From positions 448,001 through 512,000 of the forward strand of contig CAVQMO010000010.1 of NCBI GenBank assembly GCA_963713605.1: a stretch of 64,000 nucleotides of DNA, given 5' to 3'. Below, in pieces: positions 11,764 to 23,088 of the stretch. The first letter of the stretch is position 1. Every line of letters starts with the position of its first letter. The notes under the pieces are model-generated. The model ran no database searches. It had not been told where the DNA came from and worked only from the letters and a program-made list of their open reading frames with translations. The DNA comes from an uncultured Nitrososphaerales archaeon. GTDB lineage: Archaea > Thermoproteota > Nitrososphaeria > Nitrososphaerales > Nitrososphaeraceae. The position numbers were made by a program, and so were the translations under genes.

Positions 11764-12432
11764 ATGGATTTTCCTTATAGGAGAAAAAGTAAAAGGTGGC
11801 CTTTCCCTAGTGAACTCCTGTTGTCAAAGACGAAGGTTGGGAAGATTATAACCCTAGAAGGAATAGAAAAGTCGGGAAAGACCACCCAGGCACAGATGTT
11901 AAGTCATTATTTGAGCAAAGAGAAGCATCTAAACACGGCTCATTTTGATCTCCCTGACTATCAGACGGATGTAGGTAAGCTAATAGACAAATACCTTAAT
12001 TATGCAGAGATGCCCTCTAATCCAGAAGTATTACATCTTCTTTACGCAGCAAATAGATATGAAATTAGAGATGTGATCAATTTCAATCTCAATGATGGGT
12101 ACGTAGTGATAATGAATCGTTACTATCAAAGTAACATGGTATACGGATACGTTAATGGTTTAGAAATTGGATGGCTATCTACCTTAGATGAAAATATGCC
12201 CCGTTCAGACTTGACAATGATCCTAGACGTGCCAGTACAAATCAGCGAAAAACGAGGTACTATCATGAATAAGAACCGATTCGTATATGACAAGGAATTT
12301 ATTGAAAGGGTGAGAGAAACCTTTTTGAGCTTAGCGGAAAAAGAGAAGTGGAAGGTGATTGATGCAGCCAGAAGTAAGGAAGATATCCATAAAGATATCA
12401 TAAGGATTGTCGAGAGCCATTTTGGAAGTTAG
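11764..12432 (+). CDS. tmk: thymidylate (dTMP) kinase
   Basis: ITLEGIEKSGKTTQ P-loop, LLYAANR and NRYYQS motifs; true start probably downstream (TTG 11821). Confidence 0.9.
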   Translation: MDFPYRRKSKRWPFPSELLLSKTKVGKIITLEGIEKSGKTTQAQMLSHYLSKEKHLNTAHFDLPDYQTDVGKLIDKYLNYAEMPSNPEVLHLLYAANRYEIRDVINFNLNDGYVVIMNRYYQSNMVYGYVNGLEIGWLSTLDENMPRSDLTMILDVPVQISEKRGTIMNKNRFVYDKEFIERVRETFLSLAEKEKWKVIDAARSKEDIHKDIIRIVESHFGS

Positions 12433-12751
12433 ATAAGTTAAAGAAAGCCTTAGACTTGGGTATCATTTATTCACAAACATTGCACCGTGTCGGATCAGGC
12501 GTTCAGAAGGAAAGAGATTGAGATTTTGCACATTCCACACTAAAATGACTTGAACATACAAGACAAACTTTCTGCATTCGTTCTGGATAATGATAAGAGG
12601 ACTTAATACTACCACTCCATTGTCAGCGAGACACTTCTCTAGAAGCCCGAAATCACATTACTTGTGATCCATAAGTTTGAAATTGAATTGAGGTCGAAAT
12701 TCGAAGATTAGAATATCCTGTTCAGAGAAACCCGGATAATGATGGCGGACC

Positions 12752-13048
12752 TTACATCCTTAGGTATTTTTCTACTTCATCACCGATGAGAGTAGGAGTT
12801 ACCGTATTGAAGTTGTTCGCATTTGCTCCCTCTTCACGGTTGGATGTCGAACTCGTCTCCTGAGTTACTTCCTCATTGTAGTCCAGACGTTCACCCCCTT
12901 CGTTAATGAGTTCTTTTAAAAGTTGAACTTGACCTAGGATTTTTCCCTTTCCCAGATCTGAAAATCCATTGTTCTGTAAGAAGGATAGATATCTAATGAG
13001 AACATTTAGCTCGTTTAATTTTGTTTTAGCTAATTCTAACGTTATCAT
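12752..13048 (-). CDS. hypothetical protein
   Basis: 98-aa ORF with ATG start. Confidence 0.6.
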   Translation of the reverse strand: MITLELAKTKLNELNVLIRYLSFLQNNGFSDLGKGKILGQVQLLKELINEGGERLDYNEEVTQETSSTSNREEGANANNFNTVTPTLIGDEVEKYLRM

Positions 13049-13373
13049 GAGTGTTTGACGATAGTATTGATGATGCTTACTTTGCCTTAATTACCTAAAG
13101 GTTGAATATGTTAGATAACACTCTGCAGAATAATTAAGTCGGTATGAGCTGACCGTTCAGATCATGATCCAGTATCTCATTAAGGATTATCATTCTCACG
13201 GTGATCATCGAGAAGTTCCCAAGTTTCAAGATATACACACAACAATCCTATTTCCTGAGCTTGCCCAACCACACTACTAGTATATCGACCCAAAAAATTC
13301 TGAATTCAGTTGTAAAGAAATTTGAACTTGCGCAAGTAAATAGCTTCCGTACATACAGATGAAATAATACACT

Positions 13374-14029
13374 TTGCAAACGTCTATGATTATAAAATCC
13401 CTAGGAACTACATCACAAGCAATCAAAACAACAATAGCCTCATCCCATAGAACCTCTTTTGCCATCTCCATAACTATCGTTGCTCTGATGATACTGGGCC
13501 CTACAGCTCCCGGTATGATCCATCAGACGGTAGCTGGGCAAGCAGATCCAACACAACAGAACAAGAACAAGGATACGTGTCGTCTTCGCAACGGGAAGCT
13601 GCACAAGAAGCTGAAAGGGCTGCCGCCTCACAACCAGACTACAGTAGCAATAGCGTTTCACAGAGATTAGATTACGCACACTTTGTTCCCTTGACCAACA
13701 GTCCAGGAAACCAGGTAAAGTTACTATTGAATTACTCATCTCTAAATCCATCAATGACCAATGCTCCTATTAACGCAGTAATGGAAGTATATGCAGCCAA
13801 TCAAACTCTACTAAGGACTACTTCATTCCCTCAACCTCTCTTCCTTAATCAATCAGGAGAAATACAACTTGCCACTACATTCGAGGATGAGTCACTGAAC
13901 AACATAACAGCAAGGACAATGTTAACAGATGGGGAAAAGGTGATTCCAATCTCTAACACCCTTGAAACCAGACTCGCTTTAGGGCAAAACGTTTCTGACA
14001 CCGGAGAAAAAATTACTGGCACAAATTAA
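13374..14029 (+). CDS. secreted protein, frameshifted
   Basis: Hydrophobic N-terminal segment in 13374-13670 continues in 13577-14029 (LDYAHFVPLTNSPGNQVKLLLNY). Confidence 0.6.
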
Positions 14030-14256
14030 CCACTCTATTTTCTTTTTATTATTACTTTATCCTAATTCCAAAATCGTTCCAACCGAGAATTTCAGTCGAT
14101 TCATATGCTCAAGCAGTAGTTTACGTGCTGCTGGCAAGTATGAACAGAAATACGGAATCTATAAACTACGACTTTATTATACTGAATATTTCAATAAAAA
14201 TAATAGGTGAATAAGAATCTTATTCATTATATCCCATAATTGACATAAAACTTCTG

Positions 14257-14469
14257 TTGAGTGTCGATTATACCAAGAAAAAAACGAAGATAAATCCTCG
14301 GAATAAAAAATTCTTAGGATGTCCATTATGCCACTCATCAAAGTATGTGGTCTTTACATCTAGTATACCAAATACCAAATATCAGGTACACGAATTATAT
14401 TGTCATGGCTGTGATGTCATATTTTCTCCATCCAATGCGACTCTGCCAATAGAGATTATTGATTCTTAG
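14257..14469 (+). CDS. small zinc-ribbon protein
   Basis: CPLC...CHGC pairs. Confidence 0.65.
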   Translation: MSVDYTKKKTKINPRNKKFLGCPLCHSSKYVVFTSSIPNTKYQVHELYCHGCDVIFSPSNATLPIEIIDS

Positions 14470-14671
14470 AATCCAATTTTCAATTCCCCCGTCCTGACAT
14501 CCTTCGTCTATATGAGGTTTGAAGAAGACGTTGTGTCCAAGACTAGAGGCATACTGGCTTGAACACAATTACTCTCGTTTGTCACAAATCATATCTGGTT
14601 AAAAAAATGGTACCTACTACCTATTAGTTAACCCGACTATCTACCGATTCATTTCTAGCATCCCGATTAAA

Positions 14672-15185
14672 TTAGTCCGTTGATCTCTTATCTGGCTTCC
14701 TAAATCTGTGAGACTGCTCGCCGACGGCCAAGAGTATTTGTCGTGTGTTATTGTCAGTCAATGAATTGTTCTGCGATATCCTGGTAACTTCTTCTCCTGT
14801 ACGAAACACAGATGCGATTATTTTCTGTAGGGCGTCATCTGCCATCTCGACATGGGAAATTGCCCCAGAGGTGTTTCCTGCAAATGCAAATTGATATCCA
14901 AGTGATAGCTGAGATTGTATCTCATTAAAACCAAAGGTACTGGCTAACTGATTATTCAGCTTATCTCCTTGACTGGCCAACTAGTTCTGAATATCCTCAC
15001 TTGCTTGCTTGAGTCATCATGGCACTGATTGGTCCAGGATCTTGAATAGTTGCATCATTCGTAGTGGTTGATGCAACTGCAACTCCAATCGCATCTGTTG
15101 ATGTCAACAATAGTCCTATTGCCCCCAGTAGGAAGAAAAACATCCCGCCTGTCCCCTCTATATTTTCTAAAACTCTCCCACTCAA
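14672..15185 (-). pseudogene. secreted helical protein, frameshifted/truncated
   Basis: Signal-like ORF 14997-15185 abuts ORF 14672-14980 in another frame. Confidence 0.45.
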
Positions 15186-15289
15186 GAATCAATTAAGGTC
15201 TAATAACGTGTGACTTTGGAGCATAAAAACTTGATAAGAACAAGAGTCAAAAGAATGTGGAATGTCACATGCAGGAAATTGCCAAATAT

Positions 15290-16762
15290 CTATGTAGAGT
15301 TTGAAAATTGCCCTCCAGATGAATGTCGTAACTCTAGATGTTTGCCCAAAGTGTCCCTTAAAGCCAATTCCAGATAAGGAAAGCGAAACTGATATCCCGA
15401 TTCAATTAAACGCGAAGGCATGACGCGAGTACTAGAAAGCAAGAGCGCATCGGTAAGCTCTTGACCTACTATCGTTCTTAAGAGAAATTTAGGAACTGCG
15501 ACGAATGTTGCTCTTGCTAAGGTCTTTCCCAATGATTCTGTAAAATCGGTGTTCGTAACAGGATTAGGAGAAACAGCGTTTACCGGTCCGTTAAAAGTCT
15601 CATCTGCAATCATTGATAATATAATGGTGAGAAGATCCTCCAAAGCAATCCAACTAACATACTGGTTCCCTCTACCTATCCGCCCTCCTAAACCTAACTT
15701 AAAAACAGGCAATATCTTCGCAAGAAGGCCTCCTGATGAGGATAACACTATCCCAAGTCGTAAATTGACGACGCGAATTCCAGCCTCTTTCGCTATCTGA
15801 GTTGCGTATTCCCATTCTCTACACAAATCTGACAAGAAGTCAATAGATGGAACCTTGCTCGGAACAGATGATGCTCTGGTACCTGCTTGACTATCTTCTG
15901 ATAATAACTCATCACCTCTATTCCCATAATACGCAATTGCTGACACAGATACCAATACCGAAGGCGGTTCATCGAGTGAAGCTAGTCTTTCGCATAAAGC
16001 AGTGGTAGTATTTATTCTACTTTCTGATAACTTTTTTCTCTTTTCCTTCGTCCACTTTCCAAAGATGTTTTCTCCGGCAAGGTTAACTACTGCATCTATA
16101 TGATTGCCGTTTAAAGGATCTAGATTGAACTGACTCCGAGTTTGACCTGGATTGGTGTGCAAACAGGGAGCAACATGCCGACTCCTAGAAAGTGGAACTA
16201 CTCTATGCCCACCTGTCGTGAGGAAAGGCATTAATGCTTTTCCCACAAAACCACTCGAACCAGTAATGGCAATAGTCAGAGGCTTCTCGCTTTTTCTTAT
16301 TCTATTGATGACAGAATGCGTACGAAGATCTTGACTAATAGTCCGATGACGATAATCAAAGATCTTCCTTAGGTTCCTATCCACAAATCGGTGGGCTGCT
16401 AATCTACCTATTCGACCCGCGGGAAGAGAATATTCAATGCGATCCTCTAATATACAAGATGTCCCGAACCGTTCAAACAAGTGTAAATGAACAAATGATG
16501 GAAAAAAACCTTTTATCTGGATATCTTTGAATTGCCTTTCCGGGATATATTCGGCGTGCCTAACGACCCATTTCATTGAGAGGGGTCCAATCTTTGTTCG
16601 AAGCTTTACAATCCCATTATTTTGAATGCTACCACTACGCCCGATTACCTCGAATTGTTCCCATGGCGGTTTTAGGCGTTCGAAAGCACCCTCCCTTATG
16701 TGCCAGGCAAATACCTTTTCTAAAGGCTGATCAATTCTGCTTGAATGTACGAAGGATTCCAC
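15290..16762 (-). CDS. TIGR01777-family NAD-dependent epimerase with N-terminal SRPBCC domain
   Basis: N-terminal SRPBCC (VFAWH..GAFERL.PPW); ITGSSGFVG Rossmann motif; DAVVNLAGENI; C-terminal GYQFRFP. Confidence 0.9.
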   Translation of the reverse strand: MESFVHSSRIDQPLEKVFAWHIREGAFERLKPPWEQFEVIGRSGSIQNNGIVKLRTKIGPLSMKWVVRHAEYIPERQFKDIQIKGFFPSFVHLHLFERFGTSCILEDRIEYSLPAGRIGRLAAHRFVDRNLRKIFDYRHRTISQDLRTHSVINRIRKSEKPLTIAITGSSGFVGKALMPFLTTGGHRVVPLSRSRHVAPCLHTNPGQTRSQFNLDPLNGNHIDAVVNLAGENIFGKWTKEKRKKLSESRINTTTALCERLASLDEPPSVLVSVSAIAYYGNRGDELLSEDSQAGTRASSVPSKVPSIDFLSDLCREWEYATQIAKEAGIRVVNLRLGIVLSSSGGLLAKILPVFKLGLGGRIGRGNQYVSWIALEDLLTIILSMIADETFNGPVNAVSPNPVTNTDFTESLGKTLARATFVAVPKFLLRTIVGQELTDALLLSSTRVMPSRLIESGYQFRFPYLELALRDTLGKHLELRHSSGGQFSNST

Positions 16763-16796
16763 CCGATAGCTATATTCTTATCCTACATAAATTGAT

Positions 16797-16943
16797 CAAC
16801 TGCAGCAACTGATAGTGTCATTGCGAACCGCGGTAGTAATAGATGACTGGAAGCTTGACAAGCAGCAAACAACATATGACGATGTACTAGATTCGTTTAG
16901 GCTTGAATGCTGTAACTATGAGACTCCAAGAAACAACCCTTGA
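16797..16943 (+). pseudogene. isolated C-terminal fragment of terminase large subunit-like nuclease
   Basis: QLQQLIVSLRTAVVIDDWKLDKQQTTYDDVLDSFRLECCNYE, paralogous to 18727-18870. Confidence 0.7.
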
Positions 16944-17789
16944 ACCTTGGTTATTGTTCTCTTCTACATACCGTGAGTATTTTTTTTGGATTACCCAATA
17001 GTTGCTGAGTGACCATTTGATGGAAACCATGGTTAAATTTGTTCAATCTCTCAAAAATTGAAAATTGCAGGTTTTAAGGGGGGATAACATAGGTATATGT
17101 GCGTGCATTCATTATGGACACCTAGAGGAAGAACCTATTGTGAATTTTTTAGAGGCTTCAACAAAATCTAACCTCTTAGTTCTACTGCTAGGTCTGCTTC
17201 GAGGAAATCTCCTCATGATGAATCGGTCAGCTATATCTGTTCGTTCTTTTGTAATTTGTATACCATCTGTAAACAAAATAAGCAATGGCTATAATTACCA
17301 CAGCGATTATCAGAGGACTAAGAAGATAAATGACAATGGCGGCGACAATGATGAGAACTGCTATTATTGCTATATCTGATATCTTTAGGTTGGTCATTCA
17401 GATCTATTTCACATCACCATCACTTAAGGTGGACGTGTACTTTGTATGGCACTGGTTAATTAATTGCAAAAGATTCTTTTCTAAGACAAGGATAGTAAAG
17501 TTCAGAACCCACCTTGAATAGTGGGTGCGGCAAGAACAACATTGGGTACTGTCAAAAAATATTATGAAAATTTCAAACCCAATGTGCTATATAGATATGC
17601 CGTTAATCTGACTTTCTTCAAAACTTAATTATCACAGCTAAGTTTTGTCAAACAGTTGAATCAAGTTGTCGACAACAAGAATTATCGACAAGTTATACTG
17701 TCTATAAATATTGCTTGAGCTATAAGTAAGCTCGAATGGTTAATGATGAGGTAAAGGAGTAGCATGGCAGCAACAGCAAAAAGTATCAT

Positions 17790-18231
17790 ATGATACCTTT
17801 TCACTATGACACTTATCGTAAAAGTTTCAACCACTTCATGGACTACATCAAGATTCATGATCTGCAGGTGTTGTTAGATTATAGTCCTAAGATTGTCGAG
17901 TCATTCTTTATTGACTACGTTATACACCTTAGAGATGTAAAGCGAGCTAAAATACATGTCGATACAGGTGGATATCGCTGCAATCTTTCACTTCCTGGGA
18001 ATGAATGATTTTGATTTATCCGGTAATAGCAAGAAGAAAATCAAGAGATTTTTACCATCTGATGAATCTACTCATGACGATAGAGCCTATACTAAAGAAG
18101 AGATTGCTCGGATACTTTCAAAGTGTGACGAACGTTCTAAGGTTATCATTCTGCTCATGGCCTCCACAGGTATGAGGATGGGTGCTATTCCTATTTTAAA
18201 GATAGGGATAAGAGGTTTGGCAAAGGACTAA
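17790..18231 (+). pseudogene. tyrosine recombinase/integrase, frameshifted and C-terminally truncated
   Basis: SAM-like N-terminal part, DRAYTKEEIARIL and box I LLMASTGMRMGAI; no box II (HxxR/Y). Confidence 0.8.
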
Positions 18232-18239
18232 AAGATAAA

Positions 18240-18870
18240 GCTCCACTAATAAGAGAACAGTTTAACATAGGAGATCGTCTGCATATCCAGAATCCTGGAT
18301 TCTTATCAGAGCCCGACTGGGCTACTAGTACCATGATAGGGAGGAGCATGGGTATCGGTGTAGCGTGGGGAGACACATCAAAGTTTGGTATTGTTATTAC
18401 TCAGAAACGTAACAACAAGGTAGAGGTATTCTACGCCAAGAGCTTCGAGAAGCCACTAATGAACAATATCATCAACCATATCTCGAAAGCAGACACACCA
18501 TATCTCGAAAGTGTTCGTAGACGGCGCTAATCCAGAAGTCACAAGAGAACTAAAGATGAGAACAGATGACGTTGCTCCTTACTTTGAAAGAATAGATGAA
18601 CAAGACCTGTCGAATATGCGGACCGGAGACATGCAGATTATTCCAGTCAACTTTCAGAAAAGGCATAAGGAGATGCTTCGGTGGACACATACTTTGATGG
18701 CAAAGAGGCTTATCAAGATACATCCTTCGCTACATAAACTCATTGTATCCCTGAGGTCAGCAGTAGTGATAGATGATTGAAAGCTGGACAAACAGCAAAC
18801 ATCACACCATGATTTACTGGATTCTTTTAGGCTTGCTTTATGCAACTATGAACCTCCGGAGAAGCTCTGA
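18240..18870 (+). pseudogene. terminase large subunit-like RNase H nuclease domain, decayed
   Basis: MGIGVAWGDTSKFGIV, VFVDGANPEV and HDLLDSFRLAL resemble the terminase nuclease motifs; frameshift near 18490, TGA at 18778. Confidence 0.65.
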
Positions 18871-18999
18871 TTATTAAGAGGGGTGGATTTCGTTTAGCGC
18901 AAAAAGGATAAATCTCGATATCCTAACGGGATCCAATAATCATCCAATAATCAACATCATTCTGCTAGTCGTTCAAAGTCAGAACAACTCTAGAGCTCG

Positions 19000-19404
19000 T
19001 CATGACGACTGTAATGCCGTATCTAGATCAACTTCAAAGTTCTTCAGCAATCTATCCAAGCTCTTTTTTAGGTCTGTTATTCTTTTTTCTACCTCTGTCT
19101 TGAAACTTTCCTTATCCATTGAAGCATACACATGGTAGTATCCTCTTTCCTTCAAAGTTCTAGTTTCCTTACTCACGATGCGTTGATTTACTAGTTTCTG
19201 TAGAGATGTCTAAAAACTGTAGCTTTTATCCCTATCTGCTTTTTCAGACAACTCTTCTAGAGTACTAGACTCTGGGTTAATCTTGATCAAGAATAGCAAG
19301 ACTTCCAAATCCAAAGGGGATAGATCAAAAAGAAAGGCAAGAAGATTTCTTATTGCTGAGTTAACTCTGGTAATCGAAAGAACCGATGATGAATGAATTG
19401 ACAT
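19000..19404 (-). CDS. TrmB-like HTH transcription regulator, frameshifted
   Basis: TLEELSEKADRDK/ATVFRHLQKLVNQRIVSKETRTLKERGYYHVY after a shift near 19225. Confidence 0.75.
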
Positions 19405-19544
19405 ATATAGTGATTATCCCCTCCTTCCTATGTCTACCTCTTTCTACCAAAGCGTATTTATACATATTGTGTAGAATTTGTTAGTTTTGCCCAAGTTAAG
19501 CAAGCCTTAAATATCCAACTGCTACCTTATAACATTAAGAAGAA

Positions 19545-20093
19545 ATGTCCCTAAATCAGCGCGTACTTCACTCATTATCTAGAAAAAGTAATAAAAATAA
19601 ATATCAACAAACTGACTCAGATAGCAGTACACTTTCATCAGTGCTCTCTGCTATATCCGACAACAAATCACTGACATTGTTCACTACCATTGCAAACGGG
19701 TCAAATCCTGCATCAGCAGCTGATGAGCAGCAGCAGCAGCCCATCGCCGAGATGCTTATATCACGTATGAATATGACTCGTAAGCAATATTATACGCGTA
19801 TTAACTACTTCCGTGAAGCAGGTTTGATTCGTAGGCAGGGAGTGAGATTTATTCTTACTTCACTTGGAAAAGTAGTCTATGAAACCCACAAGACAATAGG
19901 ATTTGCAATCCACAACCGATGGAAACTACAAGCGATAGATTCACTGGATACATCTCTATCTACAGAAGGAATGCCTTTTGAAGAGAGACACAAACTTATC
20001 AAGGCGTTAATTGGAGATCACGAGGTTATACAAGATATTCTACTCTGCCAGAATGATGTCAATGTTAAAAATGATTATTTGTTAGCAGCCTAG
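19545..20093 (+). CDS. winged-helix protein (thaumarchaeal multicopy family)
   Basis: TRKQYYTRINYFREAGLIRR..FILTSLGK..WKLQAIDSL; paralog of 55691-56149. Confidence 0.75.
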   Translation: MSLNQRVLHSLSRKSNKNKYQQTDSDSSTLSSVLSAISDNKSLTLFTTIANGSNPASAADEQQQQPIAEMLISRMNMTRKQYYTRINYFREAGLIRRQGVRFILTSLGKVVYETHKTIGFAIHNRWKLQAIDSLDTSLSTEGMPFEERHKLIKALIGDHEVIQDILLCQNDVNVKNDYLLAA

Positions 20094-20252
20094 ATCCATA
20101 TTTATCTACACAGCTTCATCATGAGGTTGCCTGTTAGTAGCATCTAAGATACACGATGTCTCTGCAATTCGGGCATTAATGATCTTCACCACTACCACCA
20201 CCACCAACAAACCTCTAAATATTTTATTTAACACGTTAAGAAGAGTTTCCAC

Positions 20253-20501
20253 ATGTCAAGTTCATCTGAGAGAGAAAATAGACTAAGCAGTCTTGGCAGA
20301 ACACTAGGTCGCGAACTAGGCGACGATTTCAGAAAGGCTGGGAACAAACTGAAGGATATTTTGATTCGTGACTTTGATAGAGAAATGTCGCTAGCAGAGG
20401 TATTTGCTGACCGGAATGATCTCATCGAAGCGGCATACCATAGGACGTTGGCTTATGCGATACATAACACTCTGAGGGATATTGAAATGATGATCGAATG
20501 A
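20253..20501 (+). CDS. hypothetical protein
   Basis: 82-aa helical ORF. Confidence 0.55.
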   Translation: MSSSSERENRLSSLGRTLGRELGDDFRKAGNKLKDILIRDFDREMSLAEVFADRNDLIEAAYHRTLAYAIHNTLRDIEMMIE

Positions 20502-20712
20502 ATAATGAGATGAGATGAATCCTAGTGAACTAGCAGCAGGATGTAAGCAATTCTGGCATTAAAGCCTAAAGTTGTAGTAAAAGACGAATAAAGGCCTCCC
20601 GAAGACCCGTAGACCTGCACCACGTCACCAGTAGGAAACGAATCATGAAGAATTGATGGATGCGTTTAGATGATCCTTGCAGTTCTGGCAACTTGATTTT
20701 ACACTGTATGCG

Positions 20713-21137
20713 TTACGTAGTCGTGGACTCCACGTCTTTCCAGAAATCATCCCATGTGATATAGGACTTATCCCTTAGTTGTTTTCTACAAATATTACGT
20801 GCAGTAGTCCTGAATCTAGTGGTATAGTGAATGTGTTGTTTTCATGTTCGACCATAAGATCCGCTTCCACAAGAAGTCTATAAACCTCGTCATGGACTCG
20901 CTGATAAAATGGATGTTCTCCACTGAACTGGTGTACATCTACTCCCAACTGATCCAGTAAACCCCTAGCGCATTCCTTCATCATATCCGTACTGTGAAAC
21001 GACGTAGGTTTGTTGGATATTATAAGATCGCATATGCATTCCAAAATGCGACTTCTGAGCATGTCAAAGTATTCTCCTTCACTCTCTTGCCCACTTACTC
21101 CGTGTTCCATCGATCGGTTCCATTGCGATACTATCAT
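20713..21137 (-). CDS. hypothetical protein, 3' frameshift
   Basis: ORF 20775-21137 continues as CRKQLRDKSYITWDDFWKDVESTTT in another frame. Confidence 0.5.
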
Positions 21138-21168
21138 TTATGAGCTTCTCTTAGTGATTCCCTTACTC

Positions 21169-21443
21169 TTGCCCCAGCGAGACAAATATGACATCATCAA
21201 AGACGTCCTCGAGATAGTCTATACCACTCAGCCTCTTTATCGAAATCAAATGAATCAGACAAGAATAGGCTACGAAGCAAGGTTGACATATCCACAAACC
21301 GTCAAGTATCTAAGGCGGTTAGTAGAGTTAGGACTACTCATCCTGACGGATTTCAAACCCTTTTCGTACTACGAATAACTCCTAAAGGTGAGCGCTTCCT
21401 GCAGTTATTCGCAGAAATAGAAGACGATTTAAGACCTTGGTAA
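21169..21443 (+). CDS. winged-helix regulator, frameshifted
   Basis: RDKYDIIKDVL..TRIGYEARLTYPQTVKYLRRLVELGLL..YE/ITPKGERFLQLFAEIE. Confidence 0.75.
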
Positions 21444-21482
21444 AATTAGATATCATTATCAAGCATTTATGACCAAGATAAC

Positions 21483-21641
21483 ATGGTGCCAAAAAGAATT
21501 AGTAGCAAACCAACTGATGAAAATAACAAAGAGTGGAACTGTATGGCATGTGGCAAGAACATGGAGAGCGAGTACATCCTTAATTTTCATATCTTGTTGG
21601 AACACAGCCATTCAAGGAGATCTCCGGTAGGAGTGGCTTGA
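21483..21641 (+). CDS. C2H2 zinc-finger microprotein (52 aa)
   Basis: Manual translation ...WNCMACGKNMESEYILNFHILLEHSHSRRSPVGVA; C-x2-C-x12-H-x4-H. Confidence 0.7.
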   Translation: MVPKRISSKPTDENNKEWNCMACGKNMESEYILNFHILLEHSHSRRSPVGVA

Positions 21642-22194
21642 TTAAGGTAAGCATACCGAACTAAAAAAATTTGTTTACCGCATATTTAAGGCCATAAAGC
21701 ACAAGTTTTGATTCAAGTACAAGTTCATCCAGAACGGATACCATCACTGATCTCAGACAATGTGATAGTGATGAGCAATAATCCATTTGGATAAGCTCTG
21801 ATGCATGGCGTTTCTCAAGAATAATGTCAGAAATTTAGAGTGGCAATTGGAATCATGCTACAGCTCTAAGCAATTGATATCTAATTTATGGAATACTCGT
21901 TTAGATTGTCATCACTGTAGTTAAAGAAAGGCATTAACCTTTTTTCGTTATCTCCAAAACCCCTAAGGTCTTTATTTGAGAGCCAAATCCTAACTGCAAT
22001 GACTAATATACTTAATTATATTAGTAGGTGAGGAAGAAAATATCCAATTATTATAAATTAATGCTAGATACCTAAGAATTCTATCGCGATCCTACACTTG
22101 AATTTTAGTTACTAAGGAATTTCTGAAATATATTATAAGCATGTTCTGCGTATCATTAAAGGGTAAGGAAAAATAGGGGTGAAATGGACAGTCA

Positions 22195-22452
22195 ATGGCA
22201 TGCAAAGGTATCTGTATTAGGCATAAAGCTCAAAAACCAGTAGGCTCAGGAAGATATGCTGCTGGTCAGAAGCGTTGTCAAGTCTGTGAAATCTTTCTCA
22301 ACTGGATAGGTCTCTGGTGCCCGTGTTGTGGGTACAGGCTAAGAGGAACACCAAGAAATTTCAAGTACAAGAATAGGCTACGGGAGCATAAAATGATGAA
22401 AGAAGTTAAGAAGGATACACGTCAAGTACTGGTGCGTATCAACAATTCGTAG
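22195..22452 (+). CDS. Cys-rich zinc-finger protein
   Basis: CKGIC..CQVC..CPCC..LRGTPRN; paralog of 34465-34683. Confidence 0.8.
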   Translation: MACKGICIRHKAQKPVGSGRYAAGQKRCQVCEIFLNWIGLWCPCCGYRLRGTPRNFKYKNRLREHKMMKEVKKDTRQVLVRINNS

Positions 22453-22599
22453 TATGTGTCAAATGCCAAATTTGATCGTGTCCAATCTTCTATATCTACG
22501 CAGCAAGGCAACGGTCATTGGTTGAAAGAATTGAAAAGTTCACATCTTATTTTTGTTTTGCTTTATATGTATTAATACCAGTAATATATTTCATCATCT

Positions 22600-22956
22600 A
22601 TGGCTGCACATTTGAGAGTGTGTGACGAAAAGACTTTGAAAGATGGTGATATATTGGGCTTCGACTACGAGATTAATGTTGACAACAACACACGCAAGGC
22701 CAATAAGCGTCTATTGATTGCCAAGACTGGAGGCAAAATCTATGCAACAGATGGAATATGTACTCATCAGTATGCAGATCTATCCATGGGGATTCTAAAT
22801 GAAGATGAGAAAACAGTAACGTGCCCCCTTCATTTATCTCCCTTTAGTTTGGAAAAGGGGATCCCACTGAATCCACCTGCTGAAGAGCCGTTAAAAACTT
22901 ATGAGGTCTTTATCAAACCGGAAGACGGCGGAGTCTATGTATCATTACCTGATTAG
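22600..22956 (+). CDS. Rieske (2Fe-2S) ferredoxin
   Basis: CTH...CPLH Rieske ligands. Confidence 0.9.
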   Translation: MAAHLRVCDEKTLKDGDILGFDYEINVDNNTRKANKRLLIAKTGGKIYATDGICTHQYADLSMGILNEDEKTVTCPLHLSPFSLEKGIPLNPPAEEPLKTYEVFIKPEDGGVYVSLPD

Positions 22957-23088
22957 GGATCGAATGACTCCACAAAGGAGTTTACCGACGTAGACCGTTT
23001 TCTTTTGCTTGTGGAAAAGTCAGTTTTATCCATTGACGCATGCATTTTGAATATTTTCAGAAAGGTTTTAGAGTATCTAGGGTGCAAC

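Noticed and set aside
17065..17521. ORFs 17065-17379 and 17330-17521, and others such as 6315-6605, 10208-10519, 55172-55540
   Set aside because: Atypical composition, no motifs and poor starts; likely spurious.
18778..18780. Stop-codon recoding (TGA/TAG as Trp, Sec or Pyl)
   Set aside because: TGA and TAG terminate many normal genes in the window, and the affected genes show other damage.
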